A stretch of 64,000 nucleotides of DNA from an uncultured Gammaproteobacteria bacterium (GTDB lineage: Bacteria; Patescibacteriota; Microgenomatia; Levybacterales; UBA12049), in NCBI GenBank assembly GCA_964515545.1, contig CAZERI010000002.1:149731-213730 (forward strand), written 5' to 3'. Position numbers and translations under genes: made by a program. This document shows, piece after piece, positions 18,772 through 27,650 of the stretch (its first letter is position 1; every line of letters begins with the position of its first letter). The notes under the pieces are model-generated. The model saw only the letters and a list, made by a program, of their open reading frames with translations, searched no databases and was not told where the DNA came from.

Positions 18772-20253
18772 ATGACTGAGAATAAAATGGAAAAGTTGAA
18801 TGCCCTTTTTAAACGCCGAGGATTTGTCTATCCTGGATCTGAACTCTATGGTGGGTTGGCAAATACCTATGACTATGGCCCTGTCGGTACAGAACTTTTG
18901 AGAAATATCAAAAATTTGTGGTGGAAGTACTTTGTCCAAAAGCGGGATGATATGGTCGGTCTTGATGCGAGTCTTATCTCTCATCATAAGATCTGGGAGG
19001 CTTCAGGTCATACTGCAGGTTTTTCAGATGCGTTAGTTGACTGCAGAAAATGCAAAACAAGAATTCGGGCAGATCATTTGCTTGAGGACTGGATTAGTCT
19101 GAATAAAGATAGTGACACCGCAGATAAAGAATATGCTGTTCTGACTCATGAAAAAGTGAGTGAAGCATTTAAGTCAGAGAAGGTAGAGGGCTGGAGTCCA
19201 GAGGAAATGACAGAGTTTATAGATGTATTTCAGATTCCTTGTCCCAAGTGCAAAGATAATCCTGGAACTGAATGGACTCCAGTCCGTAAGTTCAACCTTT
19301 TGTTTCCGGTCCATCTAGGTATCATCGAAGGCGAGCAAAGTCTTTCGTATCTTCGTGGAGAAACTGCTCAGGGTATGTTTGTGGATTTTGATAATATCGT
19401 TAACTCGACTCGTGTCAGACTTCCTTTCGGTATAGCACAGGTCGGTAAGAGTTTTAGAAATGAAATTACCTTAGGAAATTCTGTTTTTAGAACTATTGAG
19501 TTTGAGCAGGGAGAAATTGAGTATTTCTTCGATCCAAATAAGTCCGATTGGAATGAACTTTTTAACAGTTGGAAAGACTCCATGTGGAACTTTGTCACTG
19601 AAAAGCTAGGGGTCAGTGCTGAGAATCTGCGGTGGCGAGAGCACACTGATGAGGAACGATCATTCTATAGCAAGCGAACTGAGGATTTAGAATACAACTT
19701 CCCATTTGGTTTTAAAGAGTTGTGGGGGCTTGCATATCGTACTAACTATGATCTTTCTCAGCACGAAGCATACTCAGGAAAAGAGTTACATATCATTGAT
19801 CCTGAGACCAACGAAAAAGTAAAACCGCATACTATTGAGCCAGCTGTCGGTATTAATAGGCTTTTCTTAATGGTATTAGCAGATGCCTATACTGAGGAGT
19901 CAGCAGAAGGTTCAGAACAAGCGAGAGTCGTACTGAAGCTTCACCCTCAGATTGCACCGGTAAAAGCAGCGGTTTTCCCGCTTTTGAAAAACAAATCAGA
20001 ACTCGTTGGGAAAGCACGTGATGTCTATACTATGCTTAAAGAGGCAATAGATGGAGTAGTTGTCTGGGATGATAGAGGTAATATAGGTAAGAGGTACTTA
20101 GCCCAAGATGAGATCGGTACACCATTTTGTGTAACAATAGATTTTGATACCTTGGAAGACGGCTCAGTTACTGTTCGTGATCGTGATTCTGCCTCCCAAG
20201 AGCGCGTTGCTATCTCAAGCCTCAGTAAGTTTCTCTCAGAAAAGCTCCAATAA
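18772..20253 (+). CDS. glyQS: glycine--tRNA ligase, alpha2 dimeric (archaeal/eukaryote-like GlyQS) type
   Basis: RRGFVYPGSELYGGLANTYDYGPVG. Class II motifs and anticodon-binding C-terminus. About 490 aa. Confidence 0.9.
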   Translation: MTENKMEKLNALFKRRGFVYPGSELYGGLANTYDYGPVGTELLRNIKNLWWKYFVQKRDDMVGLDASLISHHKIWEASGHTAGFSDALVDCRKCKTRIRADHLLEDWISLNKDSDTADKEYAVLTHEKVSEAFKSEKVEGWSPEEMTEFIDVFQIPCPKCKDNPGTEWTPVRKFNLLFPVHLGIIEGEQSLSYLRGETAQGMFVDFDNIVNSTRVRLPFGIAQVGKSFRNEITLGNSVFRTIEFEQGEIEYFFDPNKSDWNELFNSWKDSMWNFVTEKLGVSAENLRWREHTDEERSFYSKRTEDLEYNFPFGFKELWGLAYRTNYDLSQHEAYSGKELHIIDPETNEKVKPHTIEPAVGINRLFLMVLADAYTEESAEGSEQARVVLKLHPQIAPVKAAVFPLLKNKSELVGKARDVYTMLKEAIDGVVVWDDRGNIGKRYLAQDEIGTPFCVTIDFDTLEDGSVTVRDRDSASQERVAISSLSKFLSEKLQ

Positions 20254-20304
20254 TAGAAGAGTCTGACTCATTGACATAAAGTAGAGAGTTGGTACAATAA
20301 ATTT

Positions 20305-20811
20305 ATGAATATGAAAAATAAGAAGATAATGATCTCTGTTGCAGCGGTTGCTATACTGCTCCTTGGTATCGGTGGATATTTCGTGCTAGCTCAGAAAAAT
20401 ACCAAGCCTCCGGTTGAGAACCCTTATGAGTCAGAAGACGCGATTAAAATACCTGCCAGTGATATTGGTCTTACCATGGAATTAAGTGCTGATGAGAAGA
20501 AAGTTAGATTTACTGCTTCCAAGTTGGATGGAGCTACATCTCTGGAATGGACCTTTAACTATGATGCAGATATTCCACCTGATCAGAGATCTGAAGCAGA
20601 TGGAGCAGCAAAAGTCTCTCAGGCATTCGGAAGCCTTGAACCAGTAGATGTATCTGGCAAGTCTTCTTATACATCTGAATATAGAGAATTAGGAACCTGC
20701 TCAAGTGGCCATTGTCGCTATGATACAGGGGTTGAAAAAGTAAATCTTGTTCTTAAAATGACAAAGACGGACGGGAAAGTTTACCAAATAGAAGACTCAA
20801 TCAGCCTCTGA
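20305..20811 (+). CDS. hypothetical membrane-anchored extracytoplasmic protein
   Basis: N-terminal signal anchor (ISVAAVAILLLGIGGYFVLA) and no recognisable domain. TTGACA-N16-TACAAT promoter-like element at about 20270-20298. Confidence 0.4.
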   Translation: MNMKNKKIMISVAAVAILLLGIGGYFVLAQKNTKPPVENPYESEDAIKIPASDIGLTMELSADEKKVRFTASKLDGATSLEWTFNYDADIPPDQRSEADGAAKVSQAFGSLEPVDVSGKSSYTSEYRELGTCSSGHCRYDTGVEKVNLVLKMTKTDGKVYQIEDSISL

Positions 20812-21038
20812 GTGGTCAGCTCATCATCCTCCATTCCAAGACCTATTTTCTCCTTCTCTTAGCTGTTTTTTCTTACATTCTTTACCACTAGATGTAGTGT
20901 CGCAAGTAATCTGCAGTACACAACTCTGTGAAAATTCGTGTTGACAAGCTCATGTGAAAAGTGCAAAATAAATAAATAGTAGTGAAAAGTAGTTTTCAGT
21001 AGTGTTTTTTGTTACTATTTCTGGTACATTAACAAGCT

Positions 21039-21476
21039 ATGCTTTCAGGACAAGTAGAAGGAAAATTATCGAAGAAGTTCCAGTGTGCCTTTCCGAAGAA
21101 TTTTAGACAAGAATTAGGCTCTGTATTAATGGTGACTAAGAGTATAGATGAGTGTTTGTTAGTTGTTAGTGAGAAAAATTGGGAGACACTTTTGGAAGGA
21201 ACAAAAGGACAGCCATTTTTAGATAAAGCAACACGTGAATTGCAGCGCTACCTTTTTGGTAATGCTACGACGATTAGATTGGATGGACAAGGTAGATTTA
21301 TTCTCCCTGTCTACCTCAGAGAATACGCAGGGATGAGGAAAAATATTGTTTTTGTGGGAGTACAGCGGTATGTGGAGATATGGAGCAGCGAGAAATGGAT
21401 AAGTCATCAGAGAAGCATAGCTAAAAGTGTCGAATTACTTACTATAGATCTGTCCAAATCTGAAGGACATGAATAA
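21039..21476 (+). CDS. mraZ: transcriptional regulator MraZ
   Basis: First gene of the dcw cluster, immediately upstream of rsmH. Second DxxxR repeat LDGQGRFILP present. About 145 aa. Confidence 0.7.
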   Translation: MLSGQVEGKLSKKFQCAFPKNFRQELGSVLMVTKSIDECLLVVSEKNWETLLEGTKGQPFLDKATRELQRYLFGNATTIRLDGQGRFILPVYLREYAGMRKNIVFVGVQRYVEIWSSEKWISHQRSIAKSVELLTIDLSKSEGHE

Positions 21477-22350
21477 TTATCATACATCTGTTCTTTTACA
21501 AGAAGTACTTACCTTACTAGCTGTCAGACATGACGGTTTGTATATTGATTGTACGTTAGGAGGGGGAGGCCACACATTCAAGATTATAGAAAAGGGTGGG
21601 AGAGTTCTGGGATTTGATGTAGATGAAGACGCGATTGCTTTCGTTAAAGAAAGATTACGAGAGAAAAATCTGAATGAAGGAGAGGAACTTACTATTGTTC
21701 AGTCAAATTTCAACGTGGTAGGAAAAATAGCCCCGAAGCTGGGATTTGGCAAAGTAGATGGGATACTCATGGATTTAGGAGTCTCGAGTCATCAATTTGA
21801 TGAACCATCACGTGGATTTAGTTTTAGAGATGGCCCTTTAGATATGCGGATGGGAAAAGCGTTAGGGGTCAGTGCAGGGGATTTAGTAAATGGACTGACG
21901 GAAAAGGAATTGAGAGAGTTGTTTGAAAGATTTGGTGAAGAGCCATTTGCGAGAAAGATCGCTAAAAGGATCACTGAGGCCAGGAGAAAAAGCCCGATCA
22001 AACGGACTGAAGAGCTAGCTGAACTAATCAGAGCAACTGTGCATGGGGAGCAGGGTATCCATCCTGCTACACGTGTTTTTCAGGCATTAAGAATAGCAGT
22101 AAATGATGAGCTGAATATCTTACAGGAGGTTCTCCCTCAGGCTGTAGAGTTACTAAAGCCTCAGGGAAGACTGGCTGTAATTTCATTCCACTCACTCGAA
22201 GATAGGATTGTCAAACAGATGTTCGAGCAGTTAAAAAAAGAGAACAAAGTTAGAATGGTGACTAATAAGCCAGTTACAGCAAGTGAAGAGGAAGTACTTC
22301 AGAATAAACGTGCTCGAAGCGCTAAGCTTCGAGTCATAGAAAAAATATAG
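21469..22350 (+). CDS. rsmH: 16S rRNA (cytosine1402-N4)-methyltransferase RsmH (MraW)
   Basis: HTSVLLQEVL, DCTLGGGGHT and GILMDLGVSSHQFD motifs. Confidence 0.9.
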   Translation: MNNYHTSVLLQEVLTLLAVRHDGLYIDCTLGGGGHTFKIIEKGGRVLGFDVDEDAIAFVKERLREKNLNEGEELTIVQSNFNVVGKIAPKLGFGKVDGILMDLGVSSHQFDEPSRGFSFRDGPLDMRMGKALGVSAGDLVNGLTEKELRELFERFGEEPFARKIAKRITEARRKSPIKRTEELAELIRATVHGEQGIHPATRVFQALRIAVNDELNILQEVLPQAVELLKPQGRLAVISFHSLEDRIVKQMFEQLKKENKVRMVTNKPVTASEEEVLQNKRARSAKLRVIEKI

Positions 22351-22370
22351 TTTGTCTCAAAAGTAAAACT

Positions 22371-22652
22371 ATGAAAAAACCTGTCCTATTTATTATTTTA
22401 AATCTCACTGTCATTATCGGGCTCTCAATTGCCCAAGTTGTAGCAGCTAATAGCATCTCAACCACAGGGATTGAGCTGGGGAAAATACAAGATCAGACCA
22501 CCAAGCTGCAAAAGCAAAATGAAATTCTTAAAGAGCAAGTGCTTACGCTCTCGTCTCTCACCTCTATTGCATCCCGAGCAGGAAGTATGGGATTTGAAGA
22601 AGGAAAATCCACACTTGTTATCTCTCAACCGCTTCCAATTGCTAGAAGATGA
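22371..22652 (+). CDS. cell division protein FtsL-like (septum formation initiator family)
   Basis: 93 aa with one N-terminal TM then a coiled-coil (LGKIQDQTTKLQKQNEILKEQV). Sits at the ftsL position between rsmH and ftsI. Confidence 0.5.
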   Translation: MKKPVLFIILNLTVIIGLSIAQVVAANSISTTGIELGKIQDQTTKLQKQNEILKEQVLTLSSLTSIASRAGSMGFEEGKSTLVISQPLPIARR

Positions 22653-24349
22653 TGAGCTGGCGATATAGATTTGTTTTATTTTCATTTATCTTTGCTTTTT
22701 TGCTGATTTCAGCCAGACTTTTTTATTGGCAGGGTGTAAAGGCAATTGAGCTCTCTGCCCTAGGGGAATCACAGTATGGTCAGGCAATAAAACTAGATCC
22801 AGTCAGAGGAGAGATCAGGACTTCAGATGGATTTCCCATCGCTGCTAATAAATTAACCTATCAGGTATTTGCCAATCCAAAAGAGGTAAAGAATATCTCC
22901 AAAACTACAGACCTTCTTGCTCCAATCTTAGATGAGGATTCCGCTAGTATCTCAGCACTTCTCTCACTTAATAGATATTGGGTGGCGCTTAAACCTCATG
23001 TTGATAATGATACGAAGATTAAAATAGACGGCCTAGATCTCCCTGGTGTAGGCTTTGATGATCAGTCAGTCAGATTTTACCCAGAAGCTTCTATTGGTGC
23101 TAAGTTGTTGGGTTTTGTTGGTAAAGATGATGCAGGTGATGATACAGGCTATTTTGGACTCGAAGGATACTATGATAGACAGCTAAGAGGCAAAGAAGGA
23201 ATAGCCAAACAAATTCACGATGCTTTTGGAAGGCCCATTTTAGCCAAAGTAAATAATGCAAGCGGAGAGGTAAATGGAAGGAGCCTCAATCTTCATATTA
23301 ATCGGGTTCTTCAGTATGTTTTGGAAAACGAGCTTAAAACAGGAATTGAAGTTAATGGTGCAGCAGGGGCTATGGCTGCTATGATGGATCCAAAGACCGG
23401 TGGTATTCTGGCTTTAGCCTCTTATCCTTCCTTTGATCCGAGATCTTATTATGATTACACAGATACAGACTATAAAGATAGTTTTATTTCTGATACTTAT
23501 GAACCAGGATCCACCTTTAAGCCACTTGTTATGGCTGCAGCAATTAATGAAGGGTTAGTGAAGCCTGAGACACGATGTACAATTTGTGCAGGCCCTGTCT
23601 CTATTGGTGGATATGATATCGAGACATGGAATAACAAATACGAGCCTAATTTGACGATGACTAAGGTAATTCAGGAGTCTGATAATACGGGGATGGTTTT
23701 TGTCTCTCAGAAATTAGGGTTGGATCGTATGATCCAGTATATAAATAAATTTGGTTTTGGTCAGGCAACGAATATTGATCTCCAAGGAGAAGTAACTCCT
23801 AGTATTCGTCCGAGAAATGAGTGGTATCCTATCGACCTTGCTACTTCCAGCTTTGGACAAGGTATATCAGTCACTCCTATTGAGCTGCTTACTGCTATAG
23901 GAGCACTCGCTAATGGAGGAAAAAGAATGGAACCGCATGTTGTGGAAAGTATTGAGACACCAGATGGAAAAAAGATCACGATTCCTCCTAAAGTAGTGAA
24001 TCAGCCAATTAAAGAAGAGACAGCTAAAATTATGACAGAAATAATGGTGAATGCTGTTAATAAAGGAGAGGCGCAATTTGCCAGAATTAAAGGATATCGT
24101 ATCGCTGGAAAGACAGGAACTGCTCAGATCCCTGTAGCTGGGCACTACGATCCTACTAAGACAATCGCATCATTTGTCGGATATGGTCCGGCTGAGGATC
24201 CCAAATTTGTTATGCTAGTTATCTATGATAGACCAACGAAATCCATTTATGGAGCAGAGACCGCTGCTCCAACATTTTTTCATATCGCAAAGAGAGCGCT
24301 TGAGTATTTCAATATAGCACCAACAGAGCTTGATGAATTGGGGAGTTAG
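22649..24349 (+). CDS. ftsI: penicillin-binding protein 2 / FtsI-type transpeptidase
   Basis: N-terminal TM and dimerisation domain. Transpeptidase motifs STFKP (SxxK), SDN (ESDNTGM) and KTGT (AGKTGTAQ). Confidence 0.9.
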   Translation: MMSWRYRFVLFSFIFAFLLISARLFYWQGVKAIELSALGESQYGQAIKLDPVRGEIRTSDGFPIAANKLTYQVFANPKEVKNISKTTDLLAPILDEDSASISALLSLNRYWVALKPHVDNDTKIKIDGLDLPGVGFDDQSVRFYPEASIGAKLLGFVGKDDAGDDTGYFGLEGYYDRQLRGKEGIAKQIHDAFGRPILAKVNNASGEVNGRSLNLHINRVLQYVLENELKTGIEVNGAAGAMAAMMDPKTGGILALASYPSFDPRSYYDYTDTDYKDSFISDTYEPGSTFKPLVMAAAINEGLVKPETRCTICAGPVSIGGYDIETWNNKYEPNLTMTKVIQESDNTGMVFVSQKLGLDRMIQYINKFGFGQATNIDLQGEVTPSIRPRNEWYPIDLATSSFGQGISVTPIELLTAIGALANGGKRMEPHVVESIETPDGKKITIPPKVVNQPIKEETAKIMTEIMVNAVNKGEAQFARIKGYRIAGKTGTAQIPVAGHYDPTKTIASFVGYGPAEDPKFVMLVIYDRPTKSIYGAETAAPTFFHIAKRALEYFNIAPTELDELGS

Positions 24350-24351
24350 GA

Positions 24352-24690
24352 CTAGCGGATAGAGGATCCAGGAAGAGTAGTGCTTGATGGAATAAGAGGA
24401 ACAGGGCGTCCTCCATCTTTTCCTTCTGCAGCAAGAATCATACCTTGAGATTCCTCATCCATCATCTTTCTGGGAGCTAAGTTTACGATAAAAATAAAGC
24501 TTTTATCAGCAAATTCTTCAGGTTCAAACATCGGATAAAGAGCCGTAAAAATGGTCTTTACTCCTTCATCACCAAAATCAACACTAAGCCTGATCAGCTT
24601 TTCAGATCCTTCTTTGCGTTCAGCTTTTGTGACTAACCCTACTCGCAGATCGAGTTTGGCAAAATCATCAATTGTTACAATATCTTTCAT
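24352..24690 (-). CDS. tRNA-binding protein (CsaA/Trbp111-like EMAP/OB-fold domain)
   Basis: MKDIVTIDDFAKLDLRVGLV matches the tRNA-binding domain found at MetRS/PheT C-termini and in CsaA. Start taken at the internal Met of ORF 24352..24723. Confidence 0.7.
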   Translation of the reverse strand: MKDIVTIDDFAKLDLRVGLVTKAERKEGSEKLIRLSVDFGDEGVKTIFTALYPMFEPEEFADKSFIFIVNLAPRKMMDEESQGMILAAEGKDGGRPVPLIPSSTTLPGSSIR

Positions 24691-24730
24691 CTTCTTTATT
24701 ATACCATGTCCACCGCCTAGCAATTAACAA

Positions 24731-24759
24731 TTGACAATATATAGGACTATGATTATTAT
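24731..24759 (+). promoter_or_regulatory. sigma70-like promoter TTGACA-N17-TATTAT for the purF-purN gene
   Basis: TTGACA at 24731-24736, 17-nt spacer, TATTAT at 24754-24759. Confidence 0.4.
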
Positions 24760-24816
24760 GGAGTTGATGCTACTTAAGAGCAATCAATATAATAATTATT
24801 ATTAATGACTGAATGC

Positions 24817-24840
24817 AACCCGCCATGGCGGGTTTTTTTA
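24817..24840 (+). terminator. intrinsic-terminator-like hairpin in the 5' leader of the purF-purN gene (candidate attenuator)
   Basis: AACCCGC-CATG-GCGGGTT stem-loop followed by TTTTTTT, about 50 nt downstream of the predicted TSS and about 38 nt upstream of RBS GAAAGGA/ATG 24879. No upstream + strand gene for it to terminate. Confidence 0.5.
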
Positions 24841-24878
24841 TGGAAAGACTAGTAGTAGTTGGGAATGAAGATGAAAGG

Positions 24879-27014
24879 ATGCTGCAGGATAAATGCGGTA
24901 TCATAGGGCTGAGCTACCCCGACTGGATGATGGATAGCAAAGGTGAGGCTGCACCTAGCATGGTACGCAATGCTTTAGTAGCACTTCAGCATAGAGGTCA
25001 AGATAGTGCGGGTTTTACCGCTTTAAATGGAGATATGAAGACGTATCACGGGATTGGTCTTATTAACCAGGCAATTCCGGATGAAGATTTAGTAAAGGCA
25101 GGCGGAAGCAGGAGAGCTATTGGACATACACGATATAGAACTAAGGGCAGTATCTCAGGTGAGAACAGTCAGCCTATCCAGGTGCAAAATAATGATTATG
25201 TGCTTAGTCTTGCCCATAATGGCAATCTTACTAACGTTAATTGGCTGCGTGATAATACCGAACAGGTTTTTTCAGAAGATGCATCTGACACGGTTCTTCT
25301 GACTGCTTACCTTCTGCAGCAACGACACCTCTATCCCTCATGGGAGACTACTTTTCAAGAAGAAATGCCTCGTGTTAAAGGTGCATATAGCGCTGTAGCC
25401 TTAACAGAGGATGGAAATCTGCATGGTTTTAGAGACCCTTATGGAATTAGACCCTTTGTCGTCGGAGCATTTAGAGAGGGAGGAGTAATGATGGCCTCAG
25501 AATCTGTCGCTTTTGATACTGTGGGTGCTGAATATAGGAGACAGCTTGAGAGAGGTGAAATTATGACAGTAACTCCTGATGGAGACATACAATCGCTTTT
25601 CTATGGAGAGCCTAAAAGATCGAGATTCTGTACTTTTGAAAATTTTTATTTTCAACGTCCCGAAACATTTAGTAATGGTCAGAGGGTACAGTCAGGCAGG
25701 GTTGAGTCCGGTAGATTACTAGCCGAGAGGATGGAAAGTAAAAATATTAACTTTGATATCGTAGTTCCTACCCCTGCATCAGGATCACTTGCGGGGGAAG
25801 GATTAGCTGAGCGCTCAGGTAAACGGCTGGTCCATGGAGTAGGAACGAGTCATTATCTTGGGAGGACCTTTATTATGCCAGGGGAGGAAAACCGTAAAGA
25901 TGCGGTAAGCAATAAGCATATTATCATGCCGGATGAGCTGGATGATATGTCTGTAGCAGATGAAGACGACTCAACTGTACGCGGAACAACCTCAGGTAAA
26001 ATTACTGAAGAATTACGAAGAGGAGGTGCTCGTGAAGTGCATAAAGCCCTAGCTGCTCCTCCTGTTGTTAATACTTGTGATTTGGGGGTAGATATGCACG
26101 ACCGCTCAGAATTGCCTGCTGCAAAAGTAGCGGATAGATCTCATGAGGAAATAGAAAATTATATGGCACAGGTTATGCATTCGGATACTGCTACATTTCT
26201 TACTCGTGAAGAAGTATCAAGAGCGTTTAATAGGGATGAAAAAGATATGTGCACCTTCTGTCTAGGTGGTGAGCATCCAGTCCATGGCCGACAAGAGGAA
26301 TTTCCTCAACGGGAACGCCAAATGAGAGGCAGGCCAAAGCTTTCAGTTTTTATCTCAGGTAATGGGACTAATCTTCAGGAGATAATAAATGGAACTCAGT
26401 CCGGTACGCTTAAGGGGGAGATTGTCTCAGTTGTCTCGAGTAATCCTTATGCTTTTGGCCTCCGAAGAGCAATGGAGGCAGAACTGCCAATTTTTTCTAT
26501 TAGTTCCAAAGGAAAGTTGAGTAATCCTTTAAAAAGAGCAGAGTACGAAGAAAAATTACTGGATGTGCTCTATTCCAATCTCCCTGATGTTCTGGTTCTG
26601 GCTGGATTTATGAATATATTAGGAGATTCTTTTTTAGAAACTATGCAGGATTTAGAGATACCAGTTGTTAATCTCCATCCAGCTCTTTTGCCTTCTGATA
26701 AGAGGGATCAGATAGCGACTTCTCGAGGAAGAATGCCTGTTCTGAGGGGGACAGATGCGATTGATAAGGCTTTTGATCTTAATTTGCGTGCCTCAGGGGT
26801 AACGGTACATCAGGTACTGCCTGGAAATGAGTGTGATACTGGACCGGTTATTCTTAAAGAAGAAGTCCATCGTCGAGTAGACGATACACCTGAGGAGTGG
26901 GAGAAGAGAATTCATGAAGCAGAATTTAGAGTCCTTCCAACAGCTATTAAGAGAGTTCTTCATGTTATGGAACATGGAATAGATGTCAGCCGAGGTGAGT
27001 TCCCCTGGAGCTAA
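24879..27014 (+). CDS. purF: bifunctional fusion: amidophosphoribosyltransferase (PurF, Ntn glutamine amidotransferase + PRTase) fused to a PurN-like formyltransferase (GAR transformylase) domain
   Basis: N-terminal MLQDK-CGIIGL (propeptide plus catalytic Cys). RGQDSAGF, IGHTRYRTKG, HNGNLTN and the PRTase motif DEDDSTVRGTTS. C-terminal about 200 aa with LSVFISGNGTNLQEII, NLHPALLP and GVTVHQV...DTGPVIL, the Formyl_trans_N/PurN motifs. Start moved to ATG 24879, preceded by GAAAGGA. Confidence 0.8.
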   Translation: MLQDKCGIIGLSYPDWMMDSKGEAAPSMVRNALVALQHRGQDSAGFTALNGDMKTYHGIGLINQAIPDEDLVKAGGSRRAIGHTRYRTKGSISGENSQPIQVQNNDYVLSLAHNGNLTNVNWLRDNTEQVFSEDASDTVLLTAYLLQQRHLYPSWETTFQEEMPRVKGAYSAVALTEDGNLHGFRDPYGIRPFVVGAFREGGVMMASESVAFDTVGAEYRRQLERGEIMTVTPDGDIQSLFYGEPKRSRFCTFENFYFQRPETFSNGQRVQSGRVESGRLLAERMESKNINFDIVVPTPASGSLAGEGLAERSGKRLVHGVGTSHYLGRTFIMPGEENRKDAVSNKHIIMPDELDDMSVADEDDSTVRGTTSGKITEELRRGGAREVHKALAAPPVVNTCDLGVDMHDRSELPAAKVADRSHEEIENYMAQVMHSDTATFLTREEVSRAFNRDEKDMCTFCLGGEHPVHGRQEEFPQRERQMRGRPKLSVFISGNGTNLQEIINGTQSGTLKGEIVSVVSSNPYAFGLRRAMEAELPIFSISSKGKLSNPLKRAEYEEKLLDVLYSNLPDVLVLAGFMNILGDSFLETMQDLEIPVVNLHPALLPSDKRDQIATSRGRMPVLRGTDAIDKAFDLNLRASGVTVHQVLPGNECDTGPVILKEEVHRRVDDTPEEWEKRIHEAEFRVLPTAIKRVLHVMEHGIDVSRGEFPWS

Positions 27015-27038
27015 ATGCTTTGCTATACTGGATATATT

Positions 27039-27611
27039 ATGACGGGACGAACACATGATTTGGCTGCTTTTACAGCTTTGTCGTATGTTCTCGTTACGAC
27101 TCCTCCAGAAAAAATAAGTCTTGCTACCGCTCTTGTTGCATTCTCAGTTAATATGGTGGGAGGCCTTGCTCCTGATTTGGATCAGCCTACTGCTAGACTT
27201 TGGCATAATATCAGAGGAGGAAGCATTATCGGTAAAGTTATCTCCCCGCTTCTGGGAGGTCACCGATTTATTTCACACTCTCTTATCGGTATAGTCATAG
27301 GAGGGATAATTGCTAAAGCAGTTCTTGATATAGTGGGCACTGTGCTTCTTGTCGATATGCATATTGTCTGGTGGGCATTTATGATAGGGATGGTTTCTCA
27401 CATTTTTATGGATTTATTTACTCATGAAGGCGTTCCTCTTCTTTTTCCTATTCCCATCCGATTTGGAATTCCTCCGTTAAGTTTTTTGAGAATAAAGACA
27501 GGAGGACTCGTAGAGAAGTCATTTGTCTTTCCTATTCTTATCTTTATAAATGGCTTCCTTTACTATACCAACTATCAGACAATTCTTACGTTTTTACGTC
27601 ATTTGCGATGA
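27039..27611 (+). CDS. membrane-bound metal-dependent hydrolase (DUF457/YdjM-like)
   Basis: MTGRTHDLAAF N-terminus, multiple TM segments and conserved His residues (HSLIG, HIFMDLFTHEG), consistent with DUF457. Confidence 0.55.
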   Translation: MTGRTHDLAAFTALSYVLVTTPPEKISLATALVAFSVNMVGGLAPDLDQPTARLWHNIRGGSIIGKVISPLLGGHRFISHSLIGIVIGGIIAKAVLDIVGTVLLVDMHIVWWAFMIGMVSHIFMDLFTHEGVPLLFPIPIRFGIPPLSFLRIKTGGLVEKSFVFPILIFINGFLYYTNYQTILTFLRHLR

Positions 27612-27650
27612 AAATAGAATCTCACCATTGAGAGGTATATAATACACACA

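Noticed and set aside
22458-22685. ORFs 22458..22685 (-) and 22471..22668 (+) overlapping the ftsL-like gene
   Set aside because: They overlap a gene sitting in a conserved dcw position and have no features of their own, so they are likely spurious.
24813-24878. ORF-track start MQPAMAGFF... for the PurF-PurN gene
   Set aside because: This extension encodes the terminator-like hairpin and lacks an RBS. ATG 24879, preceded by GAAAGGA, gives the expected short PurF propeptide followed by the catalytic Cys.
24766-24878. Known purine, ZTP or PRPP riboswitch aptamer in the PurF-PurN gene leader
   Set aside because: The conserved cores (for example GGAUAUGGC...UUUCUACC of the purine riboswitch) are absent. 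The pre-terminator segment is short and AU-rich, so only a generic attenuator is claimed.
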